Below are positions 29,373 through 35,890 of a stretch of 35,890 nt of DNA, one piece after another (the first letter of the stretch is position 1; each line of letters begins with the position of its first letter). Position numbers and translations under genes: made by a program. This stretch comes from Craspedostauros australis (Eukaryota), in NCBI GenBank assembly GCA_030167865.1, contig JALAGF010003843.1:62001-97890 (forward strand), written 5' to 3'. The notes beneath the pieces are model-generated. The model had not been told where the DNA came from and searched no databases. It saw only the letters and a program-made list of their open reading frames with translations.

Positions 29373-31350
29373 ATGGTATGTGAATGATGCAATGAAGTGG
29401 TGAAAGGATGAATACGAGAGACAGCAAGCGATGGCAACAGCATCCGACAGAAGCTTCCGCAGGATTGAGCCAAACACACAGCAAATGAGAAGCCCCACCA
29501 AGAAAAGCCAACAACGAGATGAGGTGCGAGCATGCGCCCGCCGCGCCAAGACGCAAACGACCACATCCATTCCAATGGTGCTTGGTTCTAGAGCGCATGG
29601 TGTCGCGCCCGTCAGCGATGCGTCGATAGTTGCACCGGTTCGCGCCAAGCAAGATCGACTCTCTGCGTAGTTCAGTTGCGCGCTGTCTCATGATTCCATC
29701 CGTGCACGATCCCAACTGCAACTGGCTTCGTGCCGCATTCCAATCCAATGAGTGGATATGGGATCAGCACTGCGTTGAGTCGGATCACGGCATCTCGTTC
29801 GATGCGCGCAACGGCGTGGCGAACATGGCGAACCCAAAGCTTGGCTCATTGGCGCGGCAAACAGATCAGCTTCTGCGGTTCCAGATTGTGCTTGTTGCTG
29901 TTGCTATTGTTGTCATGTCCATGCACATGCAAACGTTTAAACCATCGAGAGCTATTCGAACATCAGAAAACTGCCAAACACAAGCTGATCTCACCAAAAT
30001 TTACAAATTCAATTTCAAATCGACCATTCTTTCTCATTTGCGCTGCTTTCTCATTCCGCAATGCCTGCCACATCCTCATACTCCCTTGGATTGGTACATT
30101 CGCAGTCGGCCAATTTCTTTGCCGCCTTGGGCGATTCCGATGAGGAGGGTGGAAAGGCATCCGCCTCCAAGACCAAGAAGACCACCACCACCACCACCAA
30201 GCCATCCACTGTCGTGGAGCCATCAAAACCAGACAGAAGGTAAGCCACTCTGCTTGTCGCCAAATGGAGCAACCTGTGCGCACGTTGCCTTGGCGTGCCT
30301 CTTGCATGTATGGTGCTGTTGCTGCCCCGGCGATTCTGTGAATCTGCGCGACAGGAATCATGTCATCGACACGCGTGAGTGCAGTCATGTCGGCATTCGT
30401 TCGCATAGCGCCTATCATGCACGGTGTGAGCATACGCACAGCGATGATCGCGACATATTCTCTACTATTTTTGCCATGCCATGATTGAATCATGGTCTTC
30501 TTTGCGCGAGTTCGAAACGCCCCTTCAATCCATCATTCCTCACAAAATTCCCATCACCATCTCAACTCCAACACGCAACCATCGCAACCTCCACAACAGC
30601 CGAAGACCTGACAAGCACGATCGCAACACCAAGCACGGCCGCGGTGGCCGTGCTCCAGCCCGACGTGAAGGAAAGCGCCAGTACGACAGACGAAGCGGAA
30701 CCGGACGTGGCCGCGAGATCAAGAAGGGTGGTGGCGGTGCCCGCAACTGGGGCAACGACAAGAACGAGGCCAAGAAGCACGAGGGCAAAATCGAGAACGA
30801 AGACAAGCCCGTCGCCGAGGAGCAGAAGATTGATGCCACCGAAAACGACGAGGCCAACGACGTCGCCGAGCCAGAACCAGAGCCGGAGCCGGAGGACAAC
30901 ACGATGACGCTTGCGGAGTACATGGCCCAAAAGAAGGCAGCCGCCAAAGACGAGGACAAGGAGGACCGTGAGGTCGACAACGCCTTCGTCGGCAAGGCCG
31001 CCGTCAAATTCGAGGAGACCAACTACTTCGGATCCGGAAGCGGCAAGTCCAAGAAATCCAAGAAGAAGAACGCCGAGAAGCAGAACACCGGCCTCAGCCT
31101 CAACTTCCGAGTTTCGCGAGGAGACCGCGACGACCGTGATGACAGAGGAGGTCGTGGCGGTCGCGGAAGAGGCGGCGGCCGTGGTGGACGTGGAGGCCGA
31201 GGAGGTCGTGGGCGTGGAGACCGCAGCGGAGGTCGTGGGCGTGGAGACCGCAGTGAAGGTCGCGGTGGTGGACGTGGGGGCGGACGTGGTGGAGGTCGCG
31301 GGGGCCAAAGCCTCAACGTGCAGGACACCAACGCCTTCCCATCTCTGTAA
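29373..31350 (+). CDS. SERBP1/HABP4/Stm1-like RGG RNA/ribosome-binding protein; exons 29373..29375 (ATG only, inferred), 30106..30239 and 30600..31350
   Basis: Exon 2 SANFFAALGDSDEE follows acceptor TTCGCAG; donor AG|GTAAGC at 30240; acceptor ACAACAG|C at 30599 restores the frame. REGKRQYDRRSGTGRGREIKKGGGGARNWG, MTLAEY, an RGG tract and terminal D..AFPSL are hallmarks of the family. Confidence 0.88.
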
Positions 31351-32123
31351 TGCCTGAGGATGCCCAATCTGCTCCACTCCAGGAGCAGTGCAACTCCAAC
31401 GTGGCAGCACCCCGTGCCAATCCGTGTTTGCCAATGTGCGGTACTATACAGTAGAGTATAGTGCTGTCCTCGTACTCTGTGCAGTAGCGCATGTTCTCAC
31501 ATGCACCATACTCGTACGGATATGACGAACGCGCGAACGCGGCATGCTCCCACAGGATCTTGGAGGGAAAAGCGGCAGCACAGGCAACCAACGCCAAGAA
31601 AAGCTTGTGGAAAGAGCGAAAAGGAAAGCATGGGAGGCAAGTTGCCGACCATCTCCCTCCATTGGCTCCTCCGAACTGGCTACCAAACGAATATACTCTA
31701 GTATTCATCACTACTCTGCATCCATCGATGTCATTTCGAACTCGAACCAAGAATAACAATCAGCTACAATAGTGCAATCCCTCTCAACGATACAACACCA
31801 GTGGCGCCCTACATCCGAGTGCAATGCGCAACTGCTCTCGAGAGTGGCGCAACGAAAGCAACAAGCAGTGCGCGCTTGTTGCAGAGTTGTGGATCGAAGT
31901 TGAAACTCCTATTCCTCTCTCCAATGTATAGTATGTCATACTACATTCCTGTACCACGAGTACTATGTCGAGTATTATTTGATCCATTGCTGTACTCTCC
32001 AAAATCGCATTGTTTTATGTATTATAATACGCATTCGACGCTACGTTGGCGTCACGCTAATCGGCTCGCCCGCCCGATCCCTCATACGTACGGATAGGAC
32101 CCAGGTCAGGTCTGTTCACGCTG

Positions 32124-32654
32124 TTATGGCACAGCAGCTGCACGTTTCTTGGCCTTTTGGTTCATTGCTTCGATGGTTTCGAAGTTGGTGGATTCCTGGT
32201 TGTCGTCTATGGCATCCGCGTCGATCTTGTCGACGTCTCCCTCAACAGCAATGTCGATTGCTTCTGCCTCAATCTGTGTGGCGCCCGAGTGGTCTGATGA
32301 GTCACGCTCGTCGTCAGCTTCCTGGTGATGGTGGTGCGGGCCATGTTTATGCTCATGGTGTTCCTTGTGATTCTTGGTTCGCTTCTTGTGCTGACGGGCG
32401 CCCTCGCCCTTTGTTCGTTTCTTCAATTGCTCCCATGGATTCGTCTCGTCGCTTGCCTCAACATCAAGCTCGGGCGTTGATGCCGCCGCAACGTAGTTAT
32501 CGGTGAACCGCGTCTGTTCGTGCCGCATCTCATGATTACTGTGATCTCCATGTTCAACAGTGCCTGCCTCGTGCTGTTCTCTCATCTCACCGCCAACAAT
32601 GGTGGCAAGCGAGATCACGAGGAGCATTCTCAAGGCTGATGAAAGTGACTTCAT
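32124..32654 (-). CDS. Small secreted charged, His-rich hypothetical protein
   Basis: 176-aa ORF; signal peptide MKSLSSALRMLLVISLATIVGG; HKEHHEHKHGPHHHHQE tract; three KKR motifs; acidic C-half. Confidence 0.6.
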   Translation of the reverse strand: MKSLSSALRMLLVISLATIVGGEMREQHEAGTVEHGDHSNHEMRHEQTRFTDNYVAAASTPELDVEASDETNPWEQLKKRTKGEGARQHKKRTKNHKEHHEHKHGPHHHHQEADDERDSSDHSGATQIEAEAIDIAVEGDVDKIDADAIDDNQESTNFETIEAMNQKAKKRAAAVP

Positions 32655-33139
32655 TGTTTCGTCTTGATGGTTGGATTGCTGAAGCCTTCAAGATGCTCGC
32701 TTACTTACTTTATGAGATGGGAGCCTCTCCTATGACCCACATCACCTCAGCTTAGCGCCGCGGCCAAGCACCGCGGAAAGTTGAGTCTAACGGCACCGTA
32801 GATACCGATGCACCCGCTGCATGTCGCATGTTCCATACCTGCAAATACACCTGGGTAGGTCCAAATGCGTGCTCCTCTCCATCCTTGGCCGGTTCGTCCA
32901 TTCAGGCTGCTATGCTCATCTTGTGGAGGCGTCGTGTTCGGGTTGTGCACAATTGCTTCGCGATGGAGGGTCTTTCGGTCGTGTGGGGGAACGGATTTGT
33001 GAGCGCGACACCTTCATTTCGCTTGGTATCCCAGACGTGTTTGGCACTTGGTTTTGCGCGGTCTGGCGCTTGTCCGTCTGGACTGTCGTATCTGCACAAA
33101 CCGGACACCCTAATTCTATCAAAACAATATGAGTTGAGT

Positions 33140-34567
33140 TTAGTAGACGTAGTTCTTGACATACAAGGACTCCTCGATGGATGGCTGGGAGCCGGACTCG
33201 TATGATCCCTGCGAGGCCTGCGAGTTAGCTTTTGCGCGGGCGAGGAGCTGCTTCTGGGCTGCCTCCTTGTTCTCTGGCTTTCCGGCCCAGATCTTGAGGC
33301 AGGACGATTGGAGGGCGCGGCTGAAGGAGAAGGTCAATCGCCATGGTCCCTTGCGGTCGATGGAATTGATGGCATTGAGGAAGATGGAGGAATCTTCCTC
33401 GGAGATTCCCCCGCTGAGGAAGGTGACGCCTGGCATGGCGGCTGGGATGGATCGCTCGAAGGTGCGGACGGTGAGCTCGGCCACCTTTTCAGGAGACGCC
33501 TTGTTCTCGCAGTCGACGCCATTCACGGTCATTGATGGCTTCAGAAGGGTTCCCTCGAGAAGTACTCCGCACTCCTGGAGCTTCTTGTAAACTGTGACGA
33601 TGACGCGCTCCTGGATTTTGGCGGTGGTCTCAATGTCGTGGTTGCCATCGATGAGGATCTCTGGTTCAACGATCGGGACGAGTCCTGCCTCCTGGCAGAT
33701 GCGCGCGTAGCGGCTGAGTCCGTGCGCAGCCTCATCGATGGCGTAGTCAGTTGGGAACCCCTTCTCGGTGTCAATGCGAAGGGCCGTGCGCCACTTGGCG
33801 AATCGGGCACCTTGCTCGTAGTGCTTGCAGCACTTGTCGTAGAGGTTGTCGAGTCCGGAGCACCATGTCTCGCCGTCTCCAGTTCCGCAGAGTGGCTTGA
33901 GCCCGGTGTCGACCTTGATTCCTGGGATGATTCCGTTCTTCTTGAGCACGTCGACGAATGGAGTGCCATCGGCAGAGTCTTGGTACAGAGTTTCCTCGAA
34001 GAGGATGGCTCCGGAGATGTACTCGCTGAGTCCCTCGGTGGTGAAAAGGAGCTCTCTCCACTGTTGATTTGGGTTGCGTTACGTCACGTTGGGCGGCATT
34101 GGCGAGGCAATTTGATTGATGTTAGGTTCAGTCCAATGAAAGTGACGACGTCCGGGTGCCCAACAATCAATGTTTCTGTGAGTGACAATCGTCACTGTCG
34201 ACCTGGGTGTATTCACAATCGGGAGCGCCAATCGGTACGGATCAAGGCCACCGGCATCATTCTCACATCAACAAATATTCTGCTGTACACAACATCATGC
34301 TTGGACATGGCGTACCTCACGACGGTTGTCCTCGATGTTCTTCATTCCGATGGACTCGAGACGGCTGCCGACGGTGCCGGTGGACTCATCGCAAGCCAGC
34401 AGACCCTTGCCCGGAGAAATCATGGCGTTGGCGGTCTCAACAAGCTCCGCAGAATACTTCTCGAGGGACATATTGAGCTGCATGTTGGCATGAGAGCGCT
34501 GCGTGGGCGCAACGAAGGCACTTGCGCTGCAGGCGAGGATGACGAAGACGGAGGCGGAGACTTTCAT
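33140..34567 (-). CDS. fba: Plastid-targeted class I fructose-1,6-bisphosphate aldolase (FBAC5-like); exons 34567..34316 and 34060..33140
   Basis: Presequence MKVSASVFVILACSASA-FVAP; KGLLACDESTGTVG; donor GAG|GTACGC, acceptor AACAG|TGG; ISGAILFEETLYQ, GIKVDTG, GARFAKWR, VPIVEPEIL, LEGTLLKPSM (Schiff-base Lys), FLSGG, TFSFSRALQ, C-terminal Tyr; 390 aa. Confidence 0.96.
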
Positions 34568-35604
34568 GGTGTTGGATGTGCGGTTGCGGTAGCGAGTGAA
34601 GTGGGCTTGGAGATTTTATGAGCGAACGGTGTGCTCGACGATGATGCAGGAGTCATTGGTGTTGGTTGCTGAGCAAAGTGGATACCGACGATCTCCCACT
34701 GGATGCATTCTGCCAGTTTACGTACGCACGCATGTGTACATGTGCGTATCTTCTGTTCTGATTGTTCTGATTGTTCTGGCTGTTCTGGATCCTGACGAGC
34801 TTCGGCGGGCGATGTGGCAAGTTCGAAGAAGCGCCCTGTGTTTTCATCCACCCATTCGTCCATCCATGCTCTCACTCGTTCGCGAGCCAGCCTCCCTTGC
34901 TGCACCGATTGCCCCGATCCCATGATCAGTCCGATGTAGAGTAGGCACAGTACAGCGAGAGCTGCGCAGCACTCAACGATGATGTCAGTCAAAGATCTAT
35001 CGCAGCATGACACGCAAGGACATCTGGTTCAACATGGGTGTGGCAGTACAGGTGATGGTGTTCGTTTCCATTCCTCACAACCAAAGCGCATCGCAGCTTG
35101 CGTGTCAAGGTCGCCTGCAGTGGTAGAATGTGCAGTGGAGACAGCCACAAAAAGGAAAGACTCTGCAGCAGTAGAGTGGAGTCGGGTTGAGAAGTGTGAG
35201 GCGCAGCCATCACTATCGGCATGATTGTGCCAGGCGCATGGCGTAAGCCAGTCTGCGCACGCTCACGACACCAAGAACCTGTTTGCCATCGTCGTGACAC
35301 GCACCCATCATTTTAAGCCCAGCGTGATGGGCGCGAGTTCGGCGGGCGGGTGCACCATCCAAACGCGTGTCGGACGACACACAAGATACCAATTTCTGTG
35401 AAAGGAGCCAATCACATGTCTCGGAACAGGCGGATCCAGAAATTCTTTAGTTTTCACATGCTGCACCTTCGCCGACAATGTCAATACATGTCCATATCCA
35501 TAAAGAGAGATTCTGTCTGGGGAGACCAAAAATGGCCATTTTGGGCTCAGGAGACAAAGTTACCCGGAGGTTCGCCAAAATCCGGTCTGAGGAGACAATT
35601 TTCA

Positions 35605-35741
35605 NNNNNNNNNNNNNNNNNNNNNNNNNNNNNNNNNNNNNNNNNNNNNNNNNNNNNNNNNNNNNNNNNNNNNNNNNNNNNNNNNNNNNNNNNNNNNNNN
35701 NNNNNNNNNNNNNNNNNNNNNNNNNNNNNNNNNNNNNNNNN
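35605..35741. other. Assembly gap (N run)
   Basis: Run of Ns. Confidence 1.
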
Positions 35742-35890
35742 TGGCAACAACCCTCCCTCTCCAACCTCCTTGCCTGCTGTGGTTCATTTCATCCCATCAT
35801 CAACCTTGCACCTCCTTGCTTATCATTCGCAGCATCCCCCATACTGCCTTCTTCTTCCAGCTTGCCTTCTTCGATACGTCACCTTCATCA

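Noticed and set aside
28858-30484. ORFs of 296 aa (-) and 284 aa (+)
   Set aside because: They overlap the promoter and introns of the SERBP1-like gene and show no recognisable protein signal
29376-30599. Intronic C/D or H/ACA snoRNAs
   Set aside because: No convincing RUGAUGA...CUGA pair with a terminal stem found by eye; not supportable without a covariance search

Overview
Eukaryotic nuclear DNA, almost certainly from a diatom or close ochrophyte. The evidence is GT-AG introns, bipartite signal-peptide + ASAF/AAAF plastid presequences, and diatom-type HA-domain and GAF genes; the species cannot be determined from the sequence alone. About 14 protein-coding genes are supportable: a spliced Cys-rich membrane protein running off the left edge, two uncharacterised membrane proteins, a plastid-targeted 2x NTF2/SnoaL + membrane-domain fusion, an ER-type -GDEL protein, an acidic plastid-targeted protein, a GAF protein with a degenerate histidine-kinase-like tail, a helicase-associated (HA) domain protein, a thylakoid-lumen-targeted protein, a Prx5-type peroxiredoxin, a RanBP2-ZnF + ~8TM protein, a 3-exon SERBP1/Stm1-like gene, a small His-rich secreted protein and a 2-exon plastid class I aldolase. 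There are also several microsatellites and an assembly gap. The standout is the peroxiredoxin, which the ORF track splits in two. It has an in-frame TGA exactly at the peroxidatic Cys (PGAFTPT-U-S), a signal peptide, a C-terminal SEEL, and an unusually long SECIS-like hairpin in its 3' UTR, so it is most likely a secretory-pathway selenoperoxiredoxin. Family assignments come from motif recognition by eye, not database searches.
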